Below are positions 1 through 13,190 of a stretch of 64,000 bases of DNA, piece by piece; position 1 is the first letter of the stretch, and each line of letters begins with the position of its first letter. Source of the stretch: Neoechinorhynchus agilis (taxonomy: Eukaryota > Animalia > Acanthocephala); contig CM121341.1 in the NCBI GenBank assembly GCA_051530055.1, forward strand, positions 3,524,151-3,588,150, read 5' to 3'. Below the pieces are notes generated by a model. That model was not told the DNA's origin and searched no databases. It saw only the letters and a list, made by a program, of their open reading frames with translations. The translations under genes and the position numbers were made by a program.

Positions 1-3000
1 TCCGGGTTCGTCAACCTGATCGTATTCGTCCACCTGTTCGAATTTGTCCACCTGTTCGGGTTCGTCCAACTGTTTTTATTCATAGACCTGTTCGTATTCA
101 TGCACCTCTTCGTATTTGTCCACCTGACCGGGTTCGTCAATCTGATCGTATTCATGCACCTCTTCGTATTTGTCCACCTGTCCGGGTTCGTCAATCTGAT
201 CGTATTCGTCCACCTGTTAGAATTTGTCTACCTGTTCGGGTTCGTCCACCTGTTCGGGTTCGTCGACCCTTTCGTATTCGTCCACCTGTTGAGGTTCGTC
301 CACAAGTTCGTATTCGTCCACCTGATCGTATTCGTCCACCTCTTCGTATTTGTCCACCTGTTCCGTTTCGTCATTCTGATCGTACTCATCGACCCTTTCG
401 TATTCGTCCACCTGTTCGTATTCGTCCACCTGTTCCGGTTCGTCGATTTGATCGTATTCATCGACCCTTTCGTATTCGTCCACCTGTTCGTGTTAGTCCA
501 CCTGTTCCGGTTCGTCAATCTGATCGTATTCATCGACCCTTTAGTATTCGTCCACCTGTTCGTATTCGTCCACCTGTTCTTATTCGTCCACCTGTTGAGG
601 ATCGTCCACATGTTCGTATTCGTCCACCTTGTCGGGTTCGTCAATCTGATCGTATTCGTCCACATGTTCGTATTCTTCCACCTGTTCGGGTTCGTCCACC
701 TGTTCGTGTTAGTCCACCTGTTCCGGTTCGTCAATCTGATCGTATTCATCGACCCTTTCGTATTCGTCCACCTGTTCGTATTCGTCCACCTGTTGAGGAT
801 CGTCCACATGTTGTATCGTCCACCCTCGGGTTGTCAATCTGATCGTATTCGTCCACATGTTCGTATTCTTCCACCTGTTCGGGTTCGTCCACCTGTTCGT
901 GTTAGTCCACCTGTTCCGGTTCATCAATCTGATCGTATTCATCGACCCTTTCGTATTCGTCCACCTGTTCGTATTCGTCCACCTGTTCTGTTCTTATTCG
1001 TTCACCTGTTCTTATTCGTCCACCTGTTGAGGATCGTCCACATGTTCGTATTCGTCCACCTCTTCGGGTTCGTAAATCTGATCGTATTCGTCCACATGTT
1101 CGTATTCTTCCACCTGTTCGGGTTCGTCCACATGTTCGTGTTAGTCCACCTGTTCGGGTTCGTCAATCTGATCGTATTCATCGACCCTTTCGTATTCGTC
1201 CACCTATCCGTGTTCGTCCACAGTTTCGCGTTCATCCACCTGTTCGGGTTCGTCAATCTGATCGTATACGTCCACATGTTCGTATTCGTCCACCTGTTCG
1301 TATTCATGTACATTTTCGTATTCGTGTACCTTTTCGTATTAATCCACCTGATCTTATTCGTCCACCTGTTCGGGTTCGTCAATCTGATCGTATTCGTCCA
1401 CCTGTTCGAATTTTTCCGCCTGTTCGGGTTCGACAATCTGATCGTATTCGTCCACCTGTTCGAATTTGTCCACCTGTTCGGGTTCGTCCACCTGTTCTTA
1501 TTCATAGACCTGTTCGTATTCAATCACCTCTTCGTATTTGTCCACCTGTCCGGGTTCGTCCACCTGTTCTTATTTATATACCTGTTTGTATTGATGCACC
1601 TGTTCGTGTTAGTCACCTGTTCCGATTCGTCAATCTGATCGTATTCATCGACCCTTTCGTATTCGTCCACTTGTTCGTATTCGTACACCTGTTCAGGTTC
1701 GTACACATATTCGTGTTCGTCCACCTCTCCAGGTTAGTCATTCTGATCGTATTCATCGACCTGTTCCTATTCGTCCACCTGTCCGTGTTCGTTCACGTGT
1801 TCGAATTAATTCACCTGTTCGAATTAATTCACCTGTTCGTATTCGTCCACCTGTTCGGGGTCGTCAATCTGATCGTATTCGTCCACCTGTTCGAATTTGT
1901 CCACCTGTTCGGGTTCGTCCACCTGTTTTTATTCATAGACCTGTTCGTATTCATGCACCTCTTCGTATTTGTCCACCTGACCGGGTTCATCAATCTGATC
2001 GTATTCATGCACATCTTCGTATTTGTCCACCTGTCCGGGTTCGTCAATCTGATCGTATTCGTCCACCTGTTAGAATTTGTCTACCTGTTCGGGCTCGTCG
2101 ACCCTTTCGTATTCGTCCACCTGTTGAGGTTCGTCCACAAGTTCGTATTCGTCCACCTGATCGTATTCGTCCACCTCTTCGTATTTGTCCACCTGTTCCG
2201 TTTCGTCATTCTGATCGTACTCATCGACCCTTTCGTATTCGTCCACCTGTTCGTATTCGTCCACCTGTTCCGTTTCGTCGATTTGATCGTATTCATCGAC
2301 CCTTTCGTATTCGTCCACCTGTTCGTGTTTGTCCACCTGTTCCGGTTCGTCAATCTGATCGTATTCATCGACCCTTTAGTATTCGTCAACCTGTTCGTAT
2401 TCGTCCACCTGTTCTTATTCGTCCACCTGTTGAGGATCGTCCACATGTTCGTATTCGTCCACCTTGTCGGGTTCGTCAATCTGATCGTATTCGTCCACAT
2501 GTTCGCATTCTTCCACCTGTTCGGGTTCGTCCACCTGTTCCGGTTCGTCAATGTGATCGCATTCATCGACCCTTTCGTATTCGTCCACCTGTTCGTATTC
2601 GTCCACCATTTCGAGTTCGTCCACCTGTTCGGGTTCGTCCACCTGTTCGTATTCGTCCACCTGTTCCGGTTCGTCAATCTGATCGTATTCATCGACCCTT
2701 TCGTATTCGTCCACCTGTTGAGGTTCGTCCACATGTTCGTATTCGTCCAACTGTTCGGGTTCGTCCAACTGTTTTTATTCATAGACCTGTTCGTATTCAT
2801 GCACCTCTTCGTATTTGTCAACCTGTCCGGGTTCGTCAATCTGATCGTATTCGTCCACCTGTTCGTATTCGTCCACCAGTTCGGGTTCGTCCACCTGTTC
2901 GGGTTCGTCCACCTGTTCGTATTCGTCCACCTGTTCCGGTTCGTCAATCTGATCGTATTCATCGACCCTTTCGTATTCGTCCACCTGTTGAGGTTCGTCC

Positions 3001-6000
3001 ACATGTTCGTATTCGTCCACCTGTTCGGGTTCGTCCAACTGTTTTTATTCATAGACCTGTTCGTATTCATGCACCTCTTCGCATTTGTCAACCTGTCCGG
3101 GTTCGTCCACCTGTTGGGGTTCGTCAATCTGATCGTATTCGTCCACCTGCTCGAATTTGTCCACCTGTCCGGGTTCGTCAATCTGATCGTATTCGTCCAC
3201 CTGTTCGTGTTAGTCCACCTCTTCCGGTTCGTCAATCTGATCGTATTCATCGACCCTTTCGTATTCGTCCACCTGTTCTTATTCGTCCACCTGTTCTTAT
3301 TCGTCCACCTGTTGAGGATCGTCCACATGTTCGTATTCGTCCACCTCTTCGGGTTCGTCAAACTGATCGTATTCGTCCACATGTTCGTATTCTTCCACCT
3401 GTTCGGGTTCGTCCACATGTTCGTGTTAGTCCACCTGTTCGGGTTCGTCAATCTGAACGTATTCGTCAACCTGTTCGAATTTGTCCACCTGTTCGGGTTC
3501 GTCCACCTGTTCTTATTCATAGAACTGTTCGTATTCATGCACCTCTTCGTATTTGTCCACCTGTCCGGGTTCGTCAATCTGATCGTATTCGTCCACCTGT
3601 TCGAATTTGTCCACCTGTTCGGGTTCGTCCAACTGTTTTTATTCATAGACCTGTTCGTATTCATGCACCTCTTCGTATTTGTCCACCTGACCGGGTTCGT
3701 CAATCTGATCGTATTCGTCCACCTGTTCGAATTTGTCCACCTGTTCGGGTTCGTCCACCTGTTCTTATTAATTGACCTGTTCGTATTCATGCACTTCTTC
3801 GTATTTGTCCACCTGTCCGGGTTAGTCAATCTGATCGTATTCGTCCACCTGTTAGAATTTGTCTACCTGTTCGGGTTCGTCCACCTGTTCGGGTTCGTCG
3901 ACCCTTTCGTATTCGTCCACCTGTTGAGGTTCGTCCACAAGTTCGTATTCGTCCACCTGATCGTATTCGTCCACCTCTTCGTATTTGTCCACCTGTTCCG
4001 TTTCGTCATTCTGATCGTACTCATCGACCCTTTCGTATTCGTCCACCTGTTCGTATTCGTCCACCTGTTCCGGTTCGTCGATTTGATCGTATTCATCGAC
4101 CCTTTCGTATTCGTCCACCTGTTCGTGTTAGTCCACCTGTTCCGGTTCGTCAATCTGATCGTATTCATCGACCCTTTAGTATTCGTCCACCTGTTCGTAT
4201 TCGTCCACCTGTTCTTATTCGTCCACCTGTTGAGGATCGTCCACATGTTCGTATTCGTCCACCTTGTCGGGTTCGTCAATCTGATCGTATTCGTCCACAT
4301 GTTCGTATTCTTCAACCTGTTCTTCGTCACCTGTTCGTGTTAGTCCACCTGTTCCGGTTCGTCAATCTGATCGCATTCATCGACCCTTTCGTATTCGTCC
4401 ACCTGTTCGTATTCGTCCACCTGTTGAGGATCGTCCACATGTTCGTATTCGTCCACCACTTCGGGTTTGTCAATCTGATCGTATTCGTCCACATGTTCGT
4501 ATTCTTCCACCAGTTCGGGTTCGTCCACATGTTCGTGTTAGTCCACCTGTTCGGGTTCGTCAATCTGATCGTATTCATCGACCTGTTCCTATTCGCCACC
4601 TGTCTGTGTTCGTCCACCTGTTCTTATTCGTCCACCTGTTGAGGATCGTCCACATGTTCGTATTCGTCCACCTCTTCGGGTTCGTCAAACTGATCGTATT
4701 CGTCCACATGTTCGTATTCTTCCACCTGTTCGGGTTCGTCCACATGTTCGTGTTAGTCCACCTGTTCGGGTTCGTCAATCTGAACGTATTCGTCAACCTG
4801 TTCGAATTTGTCCACCTGTTCGGGTTCGTCCACCTGTTCTTATTCATAGAACTGTTCGTATTCATGCACCTCTTCGTATTTGTCCACCTGTCCGGGTTCG
4901 TCAATCTGATCGTATTCGTCCACCTGTTCGAATTTGTCCACCTGTTCGGGTTCGTCCAACTGTTTTTATTCATAGACCTGTTCGTATTCATGCACCTCTT
5001 CGTATTTGTCCACCTGTTCGGGTTCGTCCACCTGTTCTTATTCATTGACCTGTTCGTATTCATGCACCTCTTCGTATTTGTCCACCTGTCCGGGTTAGTC
5101 AATCTGATCGTATTCGTCCACCTGTTAGAATTTGTCTACCTGTTCGGGTTCGTCCACCTGTTCGGGTTCGTCGACCCTTTCGTATTCGTCCACCTGTTGA
5201 GGTTCGTCCACAAGTTCGTATTCGTCCACCTGATCGTATTCGTCCACCTCTTCGTATTTGTCCACCTGTTCCGTTTCGTCATTCTGATCGTACTCATCGA
5301 CCCTTTCGTATTCGTCCACCTGTTCGTATTCGTCCACCTGTTCCGGTTCGTCGATTTGATCGTATTCATCGACCCTTTCGTATTCGTCCACCTGTTCGTG
5401 TTAGTCCACCTGTTCCGGTTCGTCAATCTGATCGTATTCATCGACCCTTTAACCGTATTCGTCCACCTGTTCGTATTCGTCCACCTGTTCTTATTCGTCC
5501 ACCTGTTGAGGATCGTCCACATGTTCGTATTCGTCCACCTTGTCGGGTTCGTCAATCTGATCGTATTCGTCCACATGTTCGTATTCTTCCACCTGTTCGG
5601 GTTCGTCCACCTGTTCGTGTTAGTCCACCTGTTCCGGTTCGTCAATCTGATCGCATTCATCGACCCTTTCGTATTCGTCCACCTGTTCGTATTCGTCCAC
5701 CTGTTGAGGATCGTCCACATGTTCGTATTCGTCCACCACTTCGGGTTTGTCAATCTGATCGTATTCGTCCACATGTTCGTATTCTTCCACCAGTTCGGGT
5801 TCGTCCACATGTTCGTGTTAGTCCACCTGTTCGGGTTCGTCAATCTGATCGTATTCATCGACCTGTTCCTATTCGCCACCTGTCTGTGTTCGTCCACATG
5901 TTCGTATTCGTCCACATGTTCGTATTCTTCCACCTGTTCGCGTTCGTCCACCTGTTCCCGTTCGTCGATCTGATCGTATTCATCGACCCTTTCGTATTCG

Positions 6001-8340
6001 TCCACCTTTTCGTATTCGTCCATCTGTTGAGGTTCGTCCACCTGTTCGAATTTGTCCACCTGTCCAGGTTCGTCAATCTGATCGTATTCGTCCACCTGTT
6101 CGTATTCGTCCACCTGTTCGTATTCGTCCACCTGTTCGTGTTAGTCCACCTGTTCCGGTTCGTCAATCTGATCGTATTCATCGACCCTTTAGTATTCGCC
6201 CACCTGTTCGTATTCGTCCCTCTGTTCTTATTCGTCCACCTGTTGAGGATCGTCCACATGTTCGTATTCGTCCACCTGATCGGGTTCGTCAATCTGATCG
6301 TATTCATCCACCTCTTCGTATTTGTCCACCTGTCCGGGTTCGTCAATCCGATCGTATTCGTCCACCTGTTAGAATTCGTCCACCTTTAGAATTTGTCTAC
6401 CTGTTCGGGTTCGTCCACCTGTTCGGGTTCGTCGACCCTTTCGTATTCGTCCACCTCTTCGTATTTGTCCACCTGTTCCGTTTCGTCATTCTGATCGTAC
6501 TCATCGACCCTTTCGTATTCGTCCACCTGTTCGTATTCGTCCACCTGTTCCGGTTCGTCGATCTGATCGTATTCATCGACCATTTCGTATTCGTCCACCT
6601 GTTCCGGTTCGTCAATCTGATCGTATTCATCTACCCTTTAGTATTCGTCCACCTGTTCGTATTCGTCCACCTGTTCTTATTCGTCCACCTGTTGAGGATC
6701 GTCCACATGTTCGTATTCGTCCACCTTGTCGGGTTCGTCAATCTGATCGTATTCGTCCACATGTTCGTATTCTTCAACCTGTTCGGGTTCGTCCACCTGT
6801 TCGTGTTAGTCCACCTGTTCCGGTTCGTCAATCTGATCGCATTCATCGACCCTTTCGTATTCGTCCACCTGTTCGTATTCGTCCACCTGTTGAGGATCGT
6901 CCACATGTTCGTATTCGTCCACCACTTCGGGTTTGTCAATCTGATCGTATTCGTCCACATGTTCGTATTCTTCCACCTGTTCGGGTTCGTCCACATGTTC
7001 GTGTTAGTCCACCTGTTCGGGTTCGTCAATCTGATCGTATTCATCGACCTGTTCCTATTCGCCACCTGTCTGTGTTCGTCCACATGTTCGTATTCGTCCA
7101 CCTGTTCGTATTCTTCCACCTGTTCGGGTTCGTCCACCTGTTCCGGTTCGTCGATCTGATCGTATTCATCGACCCTTTCGTATTCGTCCACCTTTTCGTA
7201 TTCGTCCATCTGTTGTCGTTCGTCCACCTGTTCGAATTTGTCCACCTGTCCAGGTTCGTCAATCTGATCGTATTCGTCCACCTGTTCGTGTTAGTCCACC
7301 TGTTCCGGTTCGTCAATCTGATCGTATTCATCGACCCTTTAGTATTCGGCCACCTGTTCGTATTCGTCCCCCTGTTCTTATTCGTCCACCTGTTGAGGAT
7401 CGTCCACATGTTCGTATTCGTCCACCTTGTCGGGTTCGTCAATCTGATCGTATTCGTCCACATGTTCGTATTCGTCCACCTGTTCGGGTTCGTTCACCTG
7501 TTCCGGTTCGTCAATCTGATCGTATTCATCGACCCTTTCGTATTCGTCCACCTGTTCGTATTCGTCCACCTGTTCTTATTCGTCCACCTGTTCTGTTCTT
7601 ATTCGTTCACCTGTTCTTATTCGTCCACCTGTTGAGGATCGTCCACCTGTTCGTATTCGTCCACCTCTTCGGGTTCGTCAATCTGATCGTATTCGTCCAC
7701 ATGTTCGTATTCGTCCACCTGTTCGGGTTCGTCCACCTGTTCTTATTCATAGATCTGTTCGTATTCATGCACCTCTTCGTATTTGTCCACCCGTCCGTGT
7801 TCGTCAATCTGATCGTATTCATCGACCCTTTGGTATTCGTCCACTTGTTCGTATTCGTACACCTGTTGAGGTTCGTACATATGTTCGTATTCGTCAACTT
7901 GTTCGGGTAAGTCATTCTGATCGTATTCATCGACCTGTTCCTATTCGTCAACTTGTCCGTGTTCGTTCACCTGTTCGAATTAATTCACCTGTTCGCATTC
8001 GTCCACCTGTTCGGGTTCGTCAACCTGATCGTATTCGTCCACATATTCGTATTCGTCCACCTGTTCAAGTTCGTCAATCTGATCGTATTCACCGACCCTT
8101 TCGTATTCGTCCACCTGTTCGTATTCGTCCACCTATCTGTGTTCGTCCACATGTTCGCATTCGTCCACCTGTTCGATTTCGTCAATCTGATCGTATTCGT
8201 CCACATATTTGTATTCGTCGACCTGTTCGGGTTCGCCATTCTGATCGTATTCACCGACCTGTTCCTATTCGTCCACCTGTCGGTGTTCGTCCACCTGTTC
8301 CTATTCGTCCTGCTTTCTTCGTCCAAATCATCGTTTATAT
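1..8340. repeat. Minisatellite of degenerate 18-bp units (consensus CTGTTCGTATTCGTCCAC) with kb-scale higher-order duplications; continues beyond the left edge
   Basis: The unit is visible throughout. It translates as LFVFVH on +, and as VDEYEQ or RWTNTN on -. All ORFs listed for 1-8342 are frames of this repeat. Confidence 0.95.
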
Positions 8341-8579
8341 GATTCTTTGGGTTCTTATAGGTACTCGTGTTCAGAGTTGTTCAAAAGAAAGCTGTATAGC
8401 TGCAGAAAGCTTTATAGCGTTAAAATCCATGGAGGAATCAAAAGGTCGTGACGTCTTGCGCTTGAACGTCTAAATTAACATTTAATGAACCGGAGGATAG
8501 ACCCGACCTCACAATCTCTCCTTCAAATTCGATTGTTCACGAAGACCAAAGATACATTGGTCGTTTTCTTTGTTGATTA

Positions 8580-9570
8580 ACAGATAAACAAGTTATTATC
8601 CGTTCGAGTGGGAATATCCGGCCGGGGAATGTCGGTTCGCGTGTTGGTTGGTGGTTATTACTTGCAGGCGAGCTTGTAAGGTTGGTCTTTTCTCAGAATC
8701 ATTTCAGGTTATGATATCCGAGAGAAGATTGGGCCGCATGGAAAAAGGAGCGTATGTTTAGGGAGGTGCGAGGTCAAAGTAGGACGAAACGAATTAGGAT
8801 TACGAGTGTTGTGATCACGTGAAAAAGAGAATAAAATGTGATAAAAAATGTTGTGGTAGGGTTGGAGACGTTTTGATTGCCTTATGAAAATAGCATCAAA
8901 GCATTCGGTGAGAAGGGGAGAAGTCAGCTGTGCAAATTTAAGATGTTCTTTTGTGGAACAATTTAAGACGACGAGTTTTGAGATTCAGAATGGTTACAAA
9001 ATACGGAGTAACCTTTGGTGAGGAAAAGCAAAATAAAGCAGAAGTAAAATTTGTAGAGATCGGGTGAAGGGATTCCTAGATGTCGGAGGCAAGAGTTGGG
9101 GTGGTGAATGGGTGATGAAGGTAATATCGTCGGCGTACAAGAAGAGTTTAGAGTGAGAAGAGAGAGGTTGTAGGTCGTTTAGGAAAATATTAAAAAGAAG
9201 TGGTGACATCACAGTACCTTGAGGTACGCCCTTGGTGAGGGTCATCGAGGAGGTAGAACGGCAGTGAATGTATTGTTTGCGATTGTGAAGATAAGATTCA
9301 AGCTAGCGGATCTACCACAAGTTGAGACCAAGAGCGGAGAAGGAGTAAATGGTCCACGGAGTCGAAAGCGTTCGATAAATCAAGTTGAATGATACGGGTG
9401 ACGTGGTAAGGATTATTGTTGAGGTTACTTAGAAGCGTGTCATAAATGCAAAGTATGGCGTCCGTTGCCGAAAATTTGGGCCGGAAGCCGAGTTGAAAGA
9501 AGTTAAAGAAGGCGAGATTTAAAACATTTTTGATGATTTTTGAAAGAGCGTATAGAATGGATATTTGAAG
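8580..9570 (-). mobile_element. 5'-truncated CR1/L2-like LINE (RT C-terminal half plus 3' UTR), decayed
   Basis: KGVPQGTVMSPLLFNIFLNDL...LFLYADD, upstream QLDLSNAFDSVDH and GFRPKFSATDA. The 3' tail is shared with the copies at 18.3 kb and 36.6 kb. Confidence 0.9.
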
Positions 9571-9572
9571 GA

Positions 9573-9875
9573 CAGTGGATTCCGCTTAATTGGGACACCG
9601 GTTAATCGGGACAGCCGCTTATTTGGGACACTTGAAATTCGAATTTGACGATGTTTTTATCCCGGATTGTTGTTGGTATTGATCATTTATTTAAAATATT
9701 TTGTAAGCTTTTTGCTTACATCTTCAGTTAGATTGTTTTCGAAGAACTTACTCGAATTTTTCTTAGAAAACAATCTAACTGAAGACATAAGCAAAAAGGT
9801 TGCGAAATATTTTAAATAAATGATCAATACCAACAACAATCCGGGATAAAAACATCGTCAAATTCGAATTTCAAG
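9573..9875. mobile_element. pogo/Tigger-like terminus (9573-9630) followed by a 245-bp foldback palindrome (9631-9875)
   Basis: CAGTGGATTCCGCTTAATTGGGACACCGGTTAATCGGGACAGCCGCTTATTTGGGACA resembles pogo-type MITE ends. The arms are about 115 bp with few mismatches around a short loop. Confidence 0.75.
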
Positions 9876-10553
9876 TTATGATATCCGAGGATATTGGGCC
9901 GCATGGAAAAAGTAGCGTAGGTAAAACGAATTGAGGTTACGAGTGTTGTGATCACGTGAAAAAGAGAATAAAATGTGATAAAAAATGTTGTGGTAGGATT
10001 TGAGGCGTTTTGATTGCTTTATGAAAATAGCATCAAAGCGTTCGGTGAGAGGGGGAAAAGTCAGCTGCGCAAATTTTAGATTCTCTTTTATGAATAATTT
10101 CACGACGGCGGTTTTGAGATTGGAAATGTTGCAAAATACGGCATAATCGTAGGTGAGGAAAAGCAAAATAAAGCACAAGTAAAATTCGTAGATATCGGGT
10201 GAAGGAATTCCTAAATGTCGGAGGCAAGAGTTGGGGTGGTGAATGGGTGATGAGGGTGATATCGTCGGCGTAAAAGAAGAGCTTAGAGTGAGAGCAGGGA
10301 GGTTATAGGTCGTTTAGGAAAATATTAAAAAGAAGTGGTGACATCACAGTACCTTGAGGTACGCCCTTGGTGAGGGTCATCGAGGAGGTAGAACGGCAGT
10401 GAATGTATTGTTTGCGAGTGTGAAGATAAGATTCGAGCTAGCGGATCTACCACAAGTTGAGACCAAAAGCGGAGCAGGCCCGGAGAAGGAGTAAATGGTC
10501 GACGGAGTCGAAAGCTTTCGATAAATCAAGTTGAATGATACGGGTGACGTGAG
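9876..10553 (-). mobile_element. Second CR1/L2-like RT fragment, near-duplicate of about 8710-9400
   Basis: Long near-identical stretches, e.g. GAAGTGGTGACATCACAGTACCTTGAGGTACGCCCTTGGTGAGGGTCATCGAGGAGGTAGAACGGCAG in both copies. Confidence 0.9.
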
Positions 10554-11277
10554 ATTAGGGCTGTAAATAAGGTAGGAAAATATTGGGTTATTCTTGGTTT
10601 GGGAAAAAGAAAAACCCTTTTTCGTTTAATCTCGTCTTCTGTGCGAGCATATTTACATACGGTTTCTGCTTTATATAGTAGATTTTACAAGATTCGAATA
10701 TTTATTACAAAAATTCTAAAGCAAGATGAGATTTATATGCTTGAGCTGATCAAAATTTTCGACGTATTTTCTCATTGGTTTAAACCAAAGTACAAAATAT
10801 GTAATTCTCGCTAAGAAGCGAAAAAAACCGATACAACAACAATAACGCTGTTTTTAAAAATTTGGGCATATAAAGGGGTTTGCAAAAATTCTATTATTTC
10901 TCTTTTCTAGAATTTGCCTACAAGGAGAACGTTATTGTTTTTCAACATTGTACAATTTTGAATGTAATATTCTTTTTTGAAGATATAAACATAATTATTC
11001 CCCGTCCTCGTCCTCAATTGTCGCCCGAATGCTTACAGCGTTGTCTCTCAACACGGCGATGCTGATATTTTGAACCAGGTATTGACTTGACCTTGCATCA
11101 CCGGTTATAACCCGAGGGCGTAAATAAAATATGCAAGCAATTTGCACCTTTAAAGTGAAATGATACGTTAAAAAGTTGCACGAATTGGATCATTACACCT
11201 TCAAAATGATGCACAAAATTGTCGACAAATTGCAAATCAAGGCTTTAATCATAAAGGGTTCAACAAAAATACACAAG

Positions 11278-13190
11278 TAAAAATCGGAGCTTCTCTCCTT
11301 CACCGGCTGTCGCTATCACGCTAGCAGCGCTGTCTCGTTGTACTGCAAGCGAGATATTTTGTCGCAGGAATACATCTGCTCGTGTGTCGCCGGTCATTTC
11401 TCTCAATTTCTTCGAGAGATCCTGGAGCAGAGAGAGTGCCGAGCTGCCAAGCGCTCCATACGTCTTTACTCCGAAGGGGACAAAATAGTGGGTCCTTGCT
11501 AATTCTCTATATTTTCGTACCTTCCTCCCGTCCGCTGCACTGGCTGCACCTCCAGCGATTTCGAGAGAGTAGGGAATGTTGCTTACTGCGAGGGTGTCCA
11601 CACGCGTGGCGTCCCAGGGAAGGCATTTGCCCTCCCGCCACCGAAAGACCGAAATTCCGTCAGGTCGAAGACCGTATAGTCGACAATGATGGACAGGTTC
11701 CAAGATGTTGGGGAAGTTCGATGTTCTCAACACCGGAGAAATTATGCTATTGATCTCAGAATGGCGAGAAAACCTTCCTCCTGACTTTTTTCAAAAGAGA
11801 CCGTGTCGCCCGAAAGCTTCAACAAAAGACCCACATCGACTGCAATAGGGCGCGCATATCGGGAGACCAAGTCTTAAAGACACTGCGATCCTCGTTACCT
11901 CATCAGTGAGAAGAGTTCCCACAGGTGCCAGAGGAACAGCTTCCAACCACGCCCCCGATTCTCGTGTCGAAATTGCCTTCAATCTGGCTCGGACGAACCC
12001 ATCGCGAGAACCTGAAAATAGAGAGCTATGAGCTCTCGCGGCGAAAGGTATGTCATAGATAGACTGTCTGAGGCCATTCACTTGAATATGGTTAGCGCCT
12101 GTCTGCTGGCACCATTCTACAAGTGCCACCGCAAAGTCTTGTTCAAGGGAAAACTTTACCGTCTGAATTATCTTCGCTATCGGTTGAATCCCCTCATACG
12201 ATCCAAGAAAGACCGGCAAGGCAACGACTACCTGAGAAAGCGCATTTTCTATAATGAGAGAGCGTCCCCAGTTGTAAAGGTCATCATGTCCTTTAGGTTA
12301 GCCGTCAAGCCCATGACCCGAACCATTCGCAAAAGATGAGATGGCATTTTTTTACTCTGAAATATGAGTGGGTGTCCTGTCTTGTATGGGAGGTGGGTGT
12401 TTTGACCGGAGTATTTGTAGTGTCGCGTTGTCTCATTGTGCAAAATTGTCGGAGGATTACAATAACCGAACAGCCCCCCCGAACGTCTCCGTCCACAAGC
12501 TTTGAAGAAACACGTACAGTCAGGGATTGCTTTGAAAAACGGCAACGAAACCCTTTCTTCGTGCGTCCCTTTCTTACCTCGGGAATTTCATTTCGAAATT
12601 ATTAAATATCTGTTCGAAGGAGGCCACCCTTTCCTTGATTGTTGATGTCAAAGACACCCCAGAATCATCACTGGTGCAAAGGACTAAGCGCAGAACGAAG
12701 CAATCGTTGAGACGATATTAGGTATCGAAATAGAATCAGTGATGATCTGAGGGGTCTCAGGCACGAAAGTTTCGGTTGATTGTGGTGGAGAACCAGACCC
12801 ACTACAGCGGAGATCCCGGGGACCATGGACAAACAAAACCCCCAGATTAGTTAATTTAAAAGACTTACCGCAAACCGGACACAAACCAGTAGAGACGCGT
12901 GGGAGCCCGGCAGCGTTGGTCTTCTCAGGTTGAGCGTGATCGATAAGTGGTGCGTTCAAGGTGTTTGCGTCAGTAGCGTCGATTGTAGGCGATTTGAACG
13001 CATTTCGCGATATGTCTTTTTTGGCCGTGGAAAGCTCGTTTACAAGGCTGGGCTGCGTTGAACTAGCAAGATTCATGAAGGTTTAGTGAACCTTCGTTTG
13101 GTCGGACGGTACGATTTACCACTGATCGGTCATCAAGTTTTGACTCACCAATAAGTCTCAAGGGGGACTGATAAAGTGTTAATTCGCACT
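11278..13190 (-). mobile_element. CRE-clade (RLE-type) non-LTR retrotransposon, internally deleted with no RT core
   Basis: N-terminal Zn finger CPVCGKSF...HGPRDLRCSG, then AISSFANGSGHGLDG, thumb LPVFLGS, CCHC knuckle CSRCGSFVEAFGRHGLF, and RLE RPDG...WDATRVDT...RKVRKY...FVPFGVKTYG. Confidence 0.85.

Noticed and set aside
1-8340. Stop-codon reassignment (TAA/TAG = Tyr) to rescue the acidic DEYEQV frame
   Set aside because: Stops also replace Glu codons (GAC TAA CAC, TTC TAA CAG). Neighbouring genes end in TAA/TAG, and the 877-codon ORF has no internal TAA/TAG.
1-8340. CRISPR array or prokaryotic repeat system
   Set aside because: There are no unique spacers and no cas genes, and the context is eukaryotic with spliceosomal introns. 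The same applies to the 45, 47-49 and 63 kb arrays.
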